A DNA stretch of 63,370 nucleotides, counting the filler, from Hausera hauseri (Eukaryota): NCBI GenBank assembly GCA_046269625.1. It is 12 parts of 12 records of this genome, joined end to end, with 100 filler letters (N's around TTAATTAATTAA, not from the genome) between each part and the next. Parts side by side here need not be neighbours in the genome. Positions count along the whole stretch, not along the records: positions 22,123 to 26,064 come from JBJURY010870182.1; positions 26,165 to 30,280 come from JBJURY010750875.1; positions 30,381 to 36,831 come from JBJURY010099875.1; 9 more parts are not named here. One strand, written 5' to 3'. The notes beneath the pieces were generated by a model. That model made no database searches, had not been told where the DNA came from, and was given only the letters and a program-made list of their open reading frames with translations. Shown piece by piece: positions 22,888-35,446 of the stretch. Position 1 is the stretch's first letter. Every line of letters begins with the position of its first letter. A program made the position numbers and the translations under genes.

Positions 22888-25800
22888 TTAAATGTCGAGT
22901 GGTTTTGTTGTAAAGTTATCGGACTGGACCTGTCTTTTGATGTAAAAGTAAGATAAGGAATTCCTATGCTGTGTGTACGTGTATACGGCTGATTTGTGTT
23001 GCTTGAACCCTGTGTTTTTCCCACCCTGTGCTTGTCGTGTCTCTAAAACTGTCATGAAAGTGTCTTTGTCTAACGTGTTTTGTTGTTTTATTAGCCCTTT
23101 AGTGGTGATTTTGTTGCAGCTCCCATAGCAATGGTACGTTTTGGGACAGAGGGATACTATCCCTTCACCCGTGTATTCTGATTTGAAGAGACATGGAGTT
23201 CTCTTATCAAATAACTTTCTATCTTTACAATTTTGGCAAACTACCCCCACCTTCGCCTCACCGCTAATAAAATCGGACTTATGGGCGTCACAGATTTGTG
23301 TGGGAATCCACTTGTCGTAAACGCTAAAAAACACTCTGTTCTCATTTCTGGTTTGACTGCTTCAGCTAGGTCATCTGTACTGAGGGCCAAATATAAACTA
23401 TCAGTGTCCATCTTGCACAACTGAAAGTTTGACCTATCTACATATGTATCTATAAAATCGTAATAAAACTCTAGCATTCTCAGTTTGGCATATTCATACA
23501 CGAAGAAACCTATCTGGTGGGGGAGGTTCCAAAATATTTTTTTTTCTTTTGCATTTCGACCTCAAAAAGATTCAGACTAATTTCTGTCATGTTTTTAAAG
23601 AAGGGGCTATTTACCAAATCGGCAGTGTCATCACCCTTACAGTAAGATACGTCAGAGTGTTTGGCTATGTTGGTTAGAGTTTTGCCATAAGCAGCATCCC
23701 CAACAATTTCATGGCATCACTGGTAATGGACTCGGCATCGTTCAGATCTCCCTTGTTCTGAGCATCAGAGACGCTGTCACCAAACTCTTCGAAACAAGCC
23801 ATCGGATGGTACTAAATGACCCAGTACACGTTTGTGATTTTTAGCCTGTGATTTAAATACCACTTTAATAGCGTTGTGGCTATGTGAACTTCTTGCCTTT
23901 GTAACTCCCACGAGTGAACGACGAGGACTCGCCAAGAGTTTGTTCTCTATTGCGTATTTGCGCATAAAGTCCCCTATGTTGTCTCTAGAGACGTCAACGA
24001 TTTTAACTATTGGCGTCATTTCAGAGAAATGATCCTTTAATTCTTTGGGGACGTGGATGTTATACTCTAAACCAAAACATTTCTGATCCTAAACGCCTTT
24101 CGGAATTTCTTCTTCTGTCGGTTTGTGTGGAAGGGTGAATCGCACCCCAAAAGGTGTAGTTTCAGAAAAGCATTGATTGCCGGATTTACTTTTTTCAGAG
24201 CTTTCCACTCACATTCCCAAATCTCCACAACTTCAGCGAATTTAGATATTCGCTCGTGAACAGCCAGAGTTTTCACATATAGCGTGGCCAAAGGTATCTT
24301 ACTGATGAGATAAATGACCTTACCTTTTGTGACGCGACAATCAGGATGCCCGTGGAAAAAACAACTGTGGAACTAGTACGTGGTCCCTGAATTTATCCCA
24401 CTCGTCTACTCTATCATACAACAAACCTAAAGCCATTTCCTTACTGTTATATTGAGTCTTTAAAGTTATTCGTTTCTCGTGTTCTACCAATGCTAACCAT
24501 GTCTGTCTCACATAATAATTAACTTTATGCACTTTAAACCCGTCTACCCTATTCCTCACTATAGCAGTCTGTCGGCATGTCCTGCATTAAAGCCCAAAGG
24601 TAAAGCGCGTTCGCATCGTACTCTTTAATCACCTGAACTACATTATTCCCCCTAATAAAGTCACACCCTTTTTATGGTACCGATGGAAAATATTTGCTGA
24701 CCTACCCACTATATTATCTCTAATCACTTGATGCAGTTCCTTTTCCTTTTTGGACTATAAACAAAAAGGGACATCTGGAGGTTTAGTTTTAAAAAGGTGC
24801 TTTAATGTTATGCCTGGAACCGATATCGCATCATGGAAATGTTGACTCCCAAATTAGAATAAAATTTGACCTGTTTATCTAACGCGTCTATGAAGGGCAC
24901 GACATCCTTATTGTTATACCAAATGTGAAAATCTTGAAGCGTTTTCATGTGGTTTATGGCCCAAATTTCTTTACACTTTTCATATTTGGCCTCTGAAATG
25001 TTACTACTTTTAAAGGATGAGAAAAATTCAGAGTGCCTAGGAAAACTAGTTTTTTTTTAATTTTTCTAAATCGTCTATGTACTCATAACAAAAATACCCC
25101 TTACTTTCCTTTATCTTGTAGGCGGCTAGATACTCGCATAGCTGAAACCAGGCGCTAAATAATTGCAGATGTCTAAAAATGCCAACGTTGTGGTAGAAAA
25201 ACACATAAAGTTATTTTTGTTAACTATGAAATTGCTATGTTTTTCTTCTTCTTTTCGGCTGCCTCCATCGCTTTGAACGACCTTTCCAGTACATTGAACG
25301 CCGAACACATTTATTAGGTAGTGTTTAAACACGTTAATGTCATATTTTCCCGAGTTAAACCAAATGACCGGGAGCTGACGTAAATAATACAACAGCTTGC
25401 CTAGGAGTGTTTTATCTTATAGCCTCCTCAAGGCTTTAAGCAAGCGCATAAATTGTTTTTTTCAACAGTTTAAAAGCCTTCTTTGACATATTTTGGAGAT
25501 GGGCGACTACATCATTGACCAAGGCTCGAAAGCCCCATTTGTAAAGAAGCAATAAGGAGCCATCATTCCAGGCAAGTTAGAGGCTATAGAGCACAATAAC
25601 GGGACGTGCTTTGCAACACATTTCGCACTGGCCTCTGATGGCAAATCTGTCTTTTGGAAATATGTCTCGAAATTAAAAGTTGCTCTATATGGGTACACAT
25701 AGTCTGTCTTAACTGAGAACCCGAGCAGAGCAAATTCTTCCCAAACAGTCTCGGGTGGATTGTAAACACCATCCTTATAGACATTGACACGTTTGCCTCA

Positions 25801-26064
25801 ATTACAAGTCTCTTCATGTCACATCAAATCACAATAGCGGTGCCAAAGCTTTCCGCATTTGCTACACGAAAAGGCATTGCCACTTTCTCAATGTCCAAAA
25901 TATACATGAAATGGTTCCTATATGCTAATAAATAAAGTGTTTCCATATAGTCTCCACTACCTCTGAGTTTAGGGTGAGGACTCGTTCCTCATCAAATTTA
26001 TAAATGTCTATATTAATCTGAAAACAGTCTTCTAAGTGGGGCATGCCTATTAAATTAACACCAG
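22888..26064 (-). pseudogene. Polinton/Maverick protein-primed DNA polymerase B (type with Vsr-like insert)
   Basis: ATFNFETY (ExoI), FNSGKYD (ExoII), YDANALYLWAL, FHGHP..C/VVEIWECEW insert, AAYGKTLTN, YAKLRMLEFYY, MDTDSLY, PKTY; many frameshifts. Confidence 0.9.
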
Positions 26065-26164
26065 NNNNNNNNNNNNNNNNNNNNNNNNNNNNNNNNNNNN
26101 NNNNNNNNTTAATTAATTAANNNNNNNNNNNNNNNNNNNNNNNNNNNNNNNNNNNNNNNNNNNN

Positions 26165-26944
26165 GGACGACCAAAATCGGTAGTGATTCAAAAAAACATC
26201 GCTGGTGTGCGCAAGATGATTGAAGAAGATCAGCATGTCACATATCGTGAGATAGAGGCATCCTGTGGCATATCACAGACTGCAATACAATCGATTTTGC
26301 ACAAACATTTAGCTGTGAAAAAAAATTGTTCGCGTTGGATATCGAATAATTAGACAATAGCTCAGATTGGTGTGAAGAAAATGTCAAAATGAATTGTGTC
26401 GAATCTTGGATATATGAGTATTAACCCGAAAGCAAACATCAGTCGACAGTATGGGTGTTGCAAGATAAGCCAAACCCAACAAATGTTGTTCGCACAAGAA
26501 GCACTTCGAAGCAAATGGTCGTCTGTTTCTTGGACATGTGCCTATAGTGCCACAAGGGGATCGTAAAACGGTCAATCCTGAATGGTATACAAACATTTGT
26601 TTGTCAAAACGCTTTGAAGAAATAAGAAAAAACAACCAGTGAAGCAGAATAATTCTTCACCAAGACAATGCGAACTCTTACACATCGGCCGAAGCACTCT
26701 AAATATCGAATTGATGAGTTATCCGCCGTACAGCCATGATGTGATATCTACTGATTTCTTTTTGGTCCCGTACGTGTTGAATAAACTACGCGGTTAACAA
26801 TTCTCGACGTCAGAAGAAGAGGTTGATGCGTTCAAAATGCATTTTTTCGAGATACCTCAATCGGAATAGAAAAGTGCTACGAAAATGGGTTCAAACGTAT
26901 GCAGAGGTGTTTCGATAATCACGGAGAATATTTAAAAAAAATAA
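26165..26944 (+). pseudogene. Mariner transposase remnant
   Basis: GRPK, VTYREIEA..GIS, SRWISNN (WVPHEL-like), ESWIY.Y.PE.K.QS..W, ILHQDNA, YPPYSHD, GEY. Confidence 0.9.
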
Positions 26945-27059
26945 ACGTACTTTTAATGATAAATGTGAAGCTTCTGATTCACGTTCTTGTTTGTATGAAT
27001 TTTTTGAGAATATAATGTAAGAAAATTAAAAAATTAAATTACACCATTGTTCAATCTGC

Positions 27060-27800
27060 ACCAATTTGAATGGGGAGAGACTTAACAAAGCTTTGTTCAA
27101 ATTAGTGAAGAGAACAATAGATGGTTCGGGTTATATTGTTTAAGTGGTATATGTGGGTAAGACAGATGAGAGAACCTTACCTAACACTATCCTATAGGTA
27201 ATGTGTGCGGTCAGAGTAACCTCACCGGCAGTGGTTAATCAGTTACTTTCTACTGTTTACTTGGCTCTAAAGTTATTGTTATACAGGACGCCATCAGGTA
27301 GGGTAGACCTGGACGGCTTTGACCAGTTAATTGAAGCTTATTCAGTTATTTAGGTTACTTAATATACGAAGATCACAAAACGATGCAACAAATAAAAATA
27401 TAATTTCTCAAATACTACAATATGAGTACGAATAAACATATAGAATCGATGATATAACAACAAACGATTACCCAACAATAAAAGAAATAACGTATAATAC
27501 TCACGTAAAGAAATTAGTCGTCAGATCACGAAGTGAGAGCAGACAAATTAAGTCTGAATTTGTGTCCAGAATGTACAATATATATACCTATTTTTCACCC
27601 AATCCATTATACAAGGTAAATATAAAAATTGCAAACGATCACCAAAAATAACAAAGTGAGTTTATTTTACATTTTCAGAAATATGCAGTCGATCACAATA
27701 ATAGTAAGTGTTGTTTGTTTTAGGCCACTGTCATTAATTAACTTTGCTTTAGGAAATCTGAGGAAGCCAGTTCGATTTATTTGTGGTTAGATTTATTTGT
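27060..27800 (-). mobile_element. Probable 3' UTR/LTR of the second accessory-gene Gypsy element
   Basis: Non-coding, follows the exonuclease-like ORF, TATATA near 27580; PPT and termini not clearly resolved. Confidence 0.35.
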
Positions 27801-27925
27801 TTAATTTTGAAACCACTTATGTTTATTTAAAATTCACTTTTGTTTATTTAGAATTGCTCTGCTGTTGACTGCTGTTGATCAATTCCGATGGGGGTTCGAA
27901 GAAGATTGCCCCAAATTTTTATTAA

Positions 27926-29130
27926 TTAACTCCATAGATCGAAAGAGGGAGATTTGTATCGAAGGCCATCAGGAACATAGATTTCGCCATCCACCAATAT
28001 TTCCTCTTCTATTTCGATCCTTCTTCTTTTCAACGATGGTTCCTTTGGTCTTATTAAGACCCTGTCGGAGGCCGTTGTATCGTCTATAATTTCGTCGTTC
28101 CATCGTAGTGTTTTATACAAGGCATGGTAACATTGTACCAATGCCATACTGCGGAGTGGCATTCCTTTCATTTCATAAAATTTCTTGGCCAACTCCTTAT
28201 AAGTCTTCGTTTCCAATTTATACGTCCGAATTATGTACTCGTGATACAATACATCACGCACACCCATAATTCGACGTAATGGACAGAGGAGATGTTTTCG
28301 TAACATCTTCAGGACTCCGGCTCCAACCACTATTTTGTCATTGAGGACGGCTGATATCTTCTGGTAGAATGCATTAGCATCCATCTGATTATTAATGTTA
28401 CTTTTGATAAGCCCGGTAATATGCGAGTCAAAATTGTTGATTCTTTGTCGAGGAGTGATCATCGTATAAAATAGGGTATCTCCTTGTAGATTTACCACTG
28501 AACATTCTATGGGCGTCAACTGGTTGTTCTGGTCATAGGCTAGATTGACTGCGGCTATCACAATGTCTTCATCGGAAATTCGTGACACCCGTCGATATGG
28601 TTTATCTACATACTTTAAGTAGTCGGGTTCTGTCAGATTAAAGCATTTTCCTTGGGGAGGTGTTGTCCATATTGGTTCGGCCTTTATTAATTCCACTCCA
28701 ATCATAATTCGACTGGTTAAGGTTCGAATTTTAAGAGTGTTTCTTTTTATTATCTCGAATGGGAGTGTCATTCCGTGGTTTGGGTCCAAGTTGATTAGGT
28801 CTCCTTGTTGGTTTTTTTTAGTATCTTTAAGCTTGAACTGAAACTTGCCGACGATATCGTACACACTGATACTGTGAAATTTGTCTGGGAAGCTGATAAG
28901 ATCTTGTAAAGGGAACGACATGGCCTTTGAGATGTGGACCACTGCCAACGATCGATTCCCATCGCATACCCCTTGAGATTGTTGGGTATCTGTTGAACTT
29001 GTGGATAATTAAGGCTGTAGATATTTTCATTAACTCTGACGTGGTACTGATTGGAAGAATCAGCATTTATAAGGTGGTTTCTGGCGTTTTCGTAGAAGTT
29101 TTTACTTCGTTGTATAGCTTGAACGTCCAT
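27926..29130 (-). CDS. Retroelement accessory protein with degenerate DEDDh exonuclease fold (frameshift near 28960)
   Basis: PIECSVVNLQGDTLFYTMITP...NFDSHITGL...KISAVLNDKIVVG; N-terminal YPQVQQIPNNLKG matches YRKVNEIPNDLTG of 16719-17999. Confidence 0.75.
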
Positions 29131-29298
29131 CACTGTAACAATTAACGTTAATCTTAAATATAAAACAACGGTTATCATATATTTTTGTTTGGTAATCGTT
29201 GTTATTTTAAATTCTTTATTCGTTTTAATGGTAACTGAGTGATATTCAGTTATCCTAATTTTTAGGATTGCGTCGACAACAATCCAGAGAAGCCATCG

Positions 29299-30280
29299 TC
29301 AGCTTGGATTATCGGTATCCAAGATATTTGGTATACGTCGCATGTCTATTCGAACCCAGTTTGGTGTGCGACGTTTACTCATACAAATAATCATTTTTAT
29401 TACAAGGACTAGCAGTATTAAGAAAATTATGGGGCATACTGTACTTATTATTATTAGTTCTATTCGGCAATATGCATAATGTGACTTCAGTAATGGTACA
29501 GTTCTACTCGTGCTTGTACTTATTTTATTTTCTACTAGTTGTATTTTAGTTGCTGTTAATAATTTAGTAGAGACTATCGCGTTATTATCACTATATAGTT
29601 GTAATATAACCATATATTTAGTATTTGGACTCAGATCGGCACATGGCACTATATTATCGTCTGGTGTGATTATACCTTTGGCTACAATCTTTGACCCTAA
29701 CTTACAGGTAAGTTTAATTTTATAAAAGTTTAGATCGGGTTGGATAGCTATAACTAAAGAGGTGGACGTGGAAGATATTGTGGCCTTTTCTAAGATAGAG
29801 CGTTTGTAACGATAAGGTAAAGCCTGGGGTCGAATGAGAACAGTCATCTCTCCAACTTTCATTTTTGTTTTGTTAAATAGTGGAGATTTCGCAAGAGGTG
29901 TCGTGACAGTTAATTGCTGGTCGTCGTCATGTTCAATGACATTTTTGAATGGAACATATGTTCTGGGACCTGGATGAATTAGAGTCTTTACATTCTCTGA
30001 ATCTTTTCGTACTAACTTAAATTGTATATCATAAGTTTTTCCTCGTATGACATTACAGCAGGCTCGGAGAAGCTCGTGGTTCAGTTGGCATTTTGTGGGT
30101 AGCCTTTGTTTCTTTTGAACGTCCATAAGTCTTATACCTATTGCTCTGTCTTCTTCCAACTCTATCATTGTTCTAATTTCAATACAACTTCGTCCGTTTT
30201 TAAATCCTATCGGCTTAACCGTAAGTTGGGTTAGAATTATTTCGTCTAGTTTAGTCGCATTCATTGCCCGTCTAGTAGGA
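29299..30280 (-). CDS. Env-position type I membrane protein with Cys/FN3-like repeats (5'-truncated)
   Basis: CCNVIRGKTYDIQF, RYKR furin-like site, CADLSPNTKYMVIL (FN3-like), TM LIIISTVCPIIFLILLVLVI, short basic tail. Confidence 0.75.
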
Positions 30281-30380
30281 NNNNNNNNNNNNNNNNNNNN
30301 NNNNNNNNNNNNNNNNNNNNNNNNTTAATTAATTAANNNNNNNNNNNNNNNNNNNNNNNNNNNNNNNNNNNNNNNNNNNN

Positions 30381-31104
30381 GTTTTTTATGTTGTATCGGG
30401 TGACAGACATTTTGCGTTTCCAAGCCCAATCGATGTCCCATGAGAACAGATATTTCTACCTTTACACGACGTACGTATAATCGTGCCTCCATCATTTTCA
30501 GTATGGGTTTGAGATTTTGCAACTGCGGTTTTTAAACAAAAGACATTGTCGCTTCGTTTGAGCCGAATCATGGCTGTAACACCGGGTAGCAGGTATTTCG
30601 GCTGATTGAAAAATCAAAGTACAGCGATCCACACATTGTAAGCGGTTTTGATTCTGCCACCCATGCCTGACGGTTTGCCGCTGTGGCATCGCATCTGATG
30701 GTTTTCGCCAAATGAGTCGTTTTCGTGTCTGCGCTGTAATTTAAACCCGTTTCAATGAGTGCTTTGATACTGTATAGACTGCTGTTGCCTTTGATTTTGA
30801 CGCTGTTCAAAGTCAGTGAAGCCTCCTGGAACAGTGTGAGGAAAAGGTAATTGGCTGGCGTGACAGTGTTTGTTGCAGCGAGAACCGTTGATGCATCCTT
30901 TTTAACAATGACTTTTACAGAGAGTAGAGTATCGTTTAAATCCAGGTATTCATTGTCCGATGCCATAATGTTGAAATGAATGTCAATATTATTGTCCGTT
31001 GAAACCGAATCAACGGGGTAGATTTCTTCAGATGCCGCATTGTCAATAAAAACTTGTAGCGCCTCTTTGTCAAATATACACAATTCAGATTTTGCAGATA
31101 CCGT
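30381..31104 (-). pseudogene. Polinton/adintovirus major capsid protein (hexon-like), N-terminal part
   Basis: KSELCIF, IHF.I.ASDNEYLDLNDTLL.VKV, PANYLFLTLF, Y..KALIET.LNYS..K.THL; frameshift; truncated by contig end. Confidence 0.85.
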
Positions 31105-31111
31105 TTGTCTG

Positions 31112-31480
31112 TCAATTAAAAATCGTACGACGACGACGTTTGTTTATAGTTGATGAGCTCAATGATGCTCCACGTTTTCGTTTTCTCATCATCAAGCCAC
31201 TGCCAGAGAATAGTTTTTTGACCGATTCAACGACTCCCGGTGCAGCGCTTTTTATTTCTGTCAAGGAATGTTCCTTCAGTGATAGTGAAATTGATTTGTT
31301 TTTGTATAGTACGTCCTGTGCTGTTTTTATTGTCACGGCTCCAATACGCTTCAACACCGGAAATGCTAAACGTGACAATGTACGCAACCATCCAGAGCCA
31401 TACTGCTTACCGACAAAATACTGCAGTTCCCCGCCCTGCTGGGGTTTACTGTAAATGGAAACGATTTCAGAATCAATCAT
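31112..31480 (-). CDS. Polinton core/virion protein with protease-cleavage-like Gly motifs and basic tail
   Basis: QQGG, QYGSG-WLRTLSRLAFPVLK, FSGSG, RKRKR...KRRRRTIF; located just before the capsid gene. Confidence 0.7.
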   Translation of the reverse strand: MIDSEIVSIYSKPQQGGELQYFVGKQYGSGWLRTLSRLAFPVLKRIGAVTIKTAQDVLYKNKSISLSLKEHSLTEIKSAAPGVVESVKKLFSGSGLMMRKRKRGASLSSSTINKRRRRTIFN

Positions 31481-31494
31481 GTTGTTGTTGTTGG

Positions 31495-32553
31495 ATTCGA
31501 CGAAAATGAAGAGTTGTGGTACCGTACGGAAATTCAACAAGGTAGCTCGGGTCACAACGGATATTCACGTCAACATTGATTATAGATGTAGATGCCACAG
31601 GCAGGTACATTGGATTATCGAGCTTGACAGTGACATTGTCACTGGCAGTATACTGCTGCTTTTCGGATAAATTGCACGGAGTAGCGGTACACGTACTCCA
31701 CCGACCGAAATCGGTTCAGTGACATTCACGTAAATGTACATTTGACTTAGTTCCGTTTTCAGTTTAAGTTTGAGTGTTGCAACATGTACCGCCGCAGTCT
31801 TCGTATTCGTCGATACCTCAAACCGCTGTTTTTCAAAACCCAATACCATGGCCAAAGCTTTGTCTAATAAAATGTCTACAATACCCTTAGCCACTTCTAA
31901 TTTAATCAACCCACTTGCATCTGACTCGAAAACTTTAAATATCGCCTTCTACTTTTGATTAGAAAAGTGTTGACAGAGATGTGCTACAGATTCGCAATGG
32001 ACATTGTCTACAATCGATACATATGACGTTGACACCCTTTTTGTTGTATAGGTAAATTTCACTATTGCCTTGTAATACGCGAGACTTAATCTTGGAGCAA
32101 CTACATATCCACTTTTAATTTGTTGACCTTTGTACTCTGTATTTTTGAATCCAAATTTCTGAGCCATCTCAGAGAACGAAAGGTAAAAGAAAAATAAAAA
32201 TCTGCAATAAAATGTAAGTTTTGCTGTACAATAAAAACACTGATTTTGCCGTGTAAACCGGAACCTGTTTCGGTCATGCTACTGACCGATTCTCCATCCG
32301 TTATTTTATTGTTAGTAAATGTCAGAGGACAAGAATGTATCTTGGTTTCAGTAACAGTTTTGATGTACGTTATTTTCATACTACCTTTCAATGCCACCGG
32401 TGCGTAGGCATAGTTAAATTCCGTCAGTGCAACCTCCCATTTTCCAGTAGATAAATCAAAAGGATTGTTCCAATCTACAACGTATTCACTGGCTGAACTG
32501 TTCGGATGAGTCGTCGGACAACTGCTGCTCGGCAACACCACGTAAATACTCAT
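31495..32553 (-). pseudogene. Polinton minor capsid (penton-like) protein, copy 2
   Basis: IYVVLPSSS....PNSSASEY, L..GKWEVALTEF, MYIY....EP..VGG..VPLLR; frameshifted. Confidence 0.8.
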
Positions 32554-32599
32554 GATCTCAATGATAATGATGATGATGAAGATAGTGATGATGCAGTTT

Positions 32600-33679
32600 G
32601 TTTATTATCAACGACGGACGACGACGAAAATGTAGCATCAAATGTGTCTTGGCTCCGAACAGAAATTTAATGGCTTTTCAAAATTCGTCTACTATATTCA
32701 CGGAAATACTGTGAACAACACTGTGAGACAACGATAAATACACGGAACTGATAATATTTACGTGAGAATTTTCACTCAATGTTTTGTACGTGTCAGAATC
32801 CAGTCCAATAGAGGCCAACAGTTGCTTGCGGTCTCCACCAACATATACGGGTTCGGTTAGATCCGTTGAAATATTGATTTGATGAAATGCTTCGTAGAGA
32901 CGTGGTTTGTGTTTAGCAACAATGGACTGTCCGCCACCGGTTTGACCAAATTCTCGTTTCTTAAAACCCAGATTTCTTGCCAATAGTTCATCAAAGGCAG
33001 AACATGTAACATTATCGTGTAGTGTAAACGAAATACGACCATCAAAGTTTAATGCAAATGTCTTGAGAGCCAATTTAGCTACTGCCTTGATGGTTGCACA
33101 CAATTCTGTTTCCGTTTTCGTAAAAAAACCAATTCCTATTGTATGAGAGTAAAAAAATGATTCAGTCTTTTGCCAGTTCACTGTAATATCGGTGATTTTT
33201 GCAATGGAAAAGTTCAATTTTTCACTAATTATACTCTGTCCACCGATCAATAGACCTTTTGAGCGCACATTGACATATGGCTGAAAATCCCATGCCTCAG
33301 CGTCGGCTAGTGATTTAAATTGCAATTCAATCGGATGTTTGTGTTTTTTCACCAATCGATTGTTTAAATTAAAAATATAAACCGGGAAATATTGCCGTTG
33401 GTAATTGCAAACGTGAAATTTTTTATTAGAGTCTCGGACTAACTGCAAAGGACTAGATGCAGGAGATTGTATTACTAGGATATAGTATATTCCACTGTTT
33501 TCACGTATTGTTATTGGTGAAAATGTAAACGTGAATTTCACCAAAGCCACTTCCCAGGCTCCCTGGCGTAAGTCGAGCGGCTGGTCCAACGCCATGGTAT
33601 ACCGTTCAGCGGTATTGTTATTGTTGTTATTATGTTCTGATAATCTGTTACTATCAAGTATCAAATAAGTGCTCATCAC
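32600..33679 (-). CDS. Polinton minor capsid (penton-like) protein, copy 1
   Basis: YLILDSN..N....Y...L..PLDL..AWEVALV, TDLTEPVYVGG...QLL, ISVNIVDE. Confidence 0.75.
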
Positions 33680-34755
33680 TTAATCTGCGATGCAAAAATC
33701 TAACTCCGTGTAGTGTATCCGTGCCACTTGACAAGATATTGTTTATTCGAACCTTTGCCACGTCAGCGTAGAATCTCCTGAATACGATATACATAGGGTT
33801 TCTGGGGCAGTACCTGCAGTTCCTGTTCGTAGATTTTACCGCGTATTTCCTCACCGTTTTTATCCTCTAAAACGTACATGACAGGTGTTTGTTTTGTGTT
33901 TATTGTCAAAATGTGAAAAACCTCGTCGCTCCAGTTCTGATTGAAATTCTTAATGAATGGTGTCGTATTCAGCTTTGAAATACGTACATAATCACCGATT
34001 TTATATTTTGGGCGTTTAATTTCCTGTCGTCCTCGTCGGTTGTTTTGATAAAGCCATATGTCCAAATCATCGATTACGTCAACCGGCTGTAATCCACTGA
34101 TGCCACGATGTGTCGAATGATTGTATGCATGAATAATATCCGGCAGTATATTTACCCAATGCTTGTTGCTTTGGTTCGTAAAGAATTTGTTAAGGCGACC
34201 GCGCAATGTTTGATTAAATCGTTTAACAAGTGCCGCCTTGTATTGGAAAAACACCGAGTAGTGGTTTACACCGAACCGTTTCAAGACCGCTGCAACGTGG
34301 GCGTGGAAGAATTCCTCACCCAAATTCGTTTGTAAATGCTTCGGTGGCTGTTGTTGTTATTGTTGTTGCTGTTGCATCAGTGTCTGAACAGCGTCGGCAA
34401 TCATTTTACCAAATATAGATTTCACGGCAATTTCTCGTGCAAAATGACTAAATACATCAACGCATGTAAGTACGTACCGATACCCATTGTTGATGCTGGC
34501 GTACGGAATTATTTCTATCAGATCCATTTGCCATATATTATTTAAACCGGCAGAACGGTATGCACGAGTTGGAAACCGCCTTCTTATCGGTTTGTTTAGG
34601 CTGTATGCTAACTTTTTCCCGAACCATCGTTGAGTCTGTCTATGACTCTGTTTGACAGTCTTTGCCAGTTTGTCTACGCCTGTACATCCGACGGGATGAC
34701 GCGGATCGAACCACACGTCGTACACTGTCAGTGTTGTCGTCGGTTTTGCTTGCAT
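33680..34755 (-). pseudogene. Polinton retroviral-like (rve) integrase with C-terminal chromodomain-like tail
   Basis: WQMDL, GYRYVLTCVDVFS, GEEF, KAALVKRFNQTL, YNHSTHR.I, YKIGDYVRISK, NWSDEVF, G.IYEQEL, YLVKWHGY; frameshift. Confidence 0.92.
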
Positions 34756-34866
34756 TACAACAATTTGAACGAACCGTAAATGAAAGATTTGGTAAAGTGG
34801 AACAGAAAGATGAAAACCATGCACCCATATAGCCGAATCACCATATACTTACCGTCATTGTTTATA

Positions 34867-35196
34867 CTATGATGTTGTTGCAGAACCAATGAGTCCACTC
34901 AGTAATGACGTGTCAATCGGCAGAATTGCATCAAGGAATCCGCCATCTTGCTGGTACATGACCTCTCGTTTCAGTCGTTTACTACGGGCGTTGGCAAGGC
35001 CAATGAGTCGTTTTCGATACTTTAGTAAATCCCGCCTTCCACTACCAATGTCATCGTGATCCACAACGATATTGTATAAAATTTCCATCAAATCGTCTAC
35101 TACAAATTGTGGGAATGATCGCAGCATGTTCCGCTTATGTCTCGTAGGTGCGTTGAGCAAAGCAATAAAGTACGGCTGACTACGTTTGAATCGCAT
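34867..35196 (-). CDS. Small Polinton virion protein with GGF-amphipathic C-terminus
   Basis: EILYNIV...QQDGGFLDAILP..LLSGLI, typical of the Polinton morphogenesis module. Confidence 0.65.
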   Translation of the reverse strand: MRFKRSQPYFIALLNAPTRHKRNMLRSFPQFVVDDLMEILYNIVVDHDDIGSGRRDLLKYRKRLIGLANARSKRLKREVMYQQDGGFLDAILPIDTSLLSGLIGSATTS

Positions 35197-35239
35197 TTTG
35201 GACGTATTGATGCAGAGACGTAGTTGTTTATAACCGTTG

Positions 35240-35446
35240 CTACTGTGATGGTAATTTGCGTCTAACTCCGGCTTTTGTTGTTCGAAGCACAGAATTGATT
35301 AATCGCTTGACTGTAGCGGCGGTTCGTTTTGATACATATTTCTTGCCGGGCACCCGCTTGGTACGTTTACGTTTAACAATTGTTTTAAGGAAATTCTTCA
35401 TTTTATCACTTTCGTGTCGTCGATTTTCGAATTTGTTTATAGACAC
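35240..35446 (-). CDS. Small basic Polinton protein (possible DNA-binding core protein)
   Basis: K/R-rich 68-aa ORF between the ATPase and the GGF protein. Confidence 0.35.
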   Translation of the reverse strand: MSINKFENRRHESDKMKNFLKTIVKRKRTKRVPGKKYVSKRTAATVKRLINSVLRTTKAGVRRKLPSQ

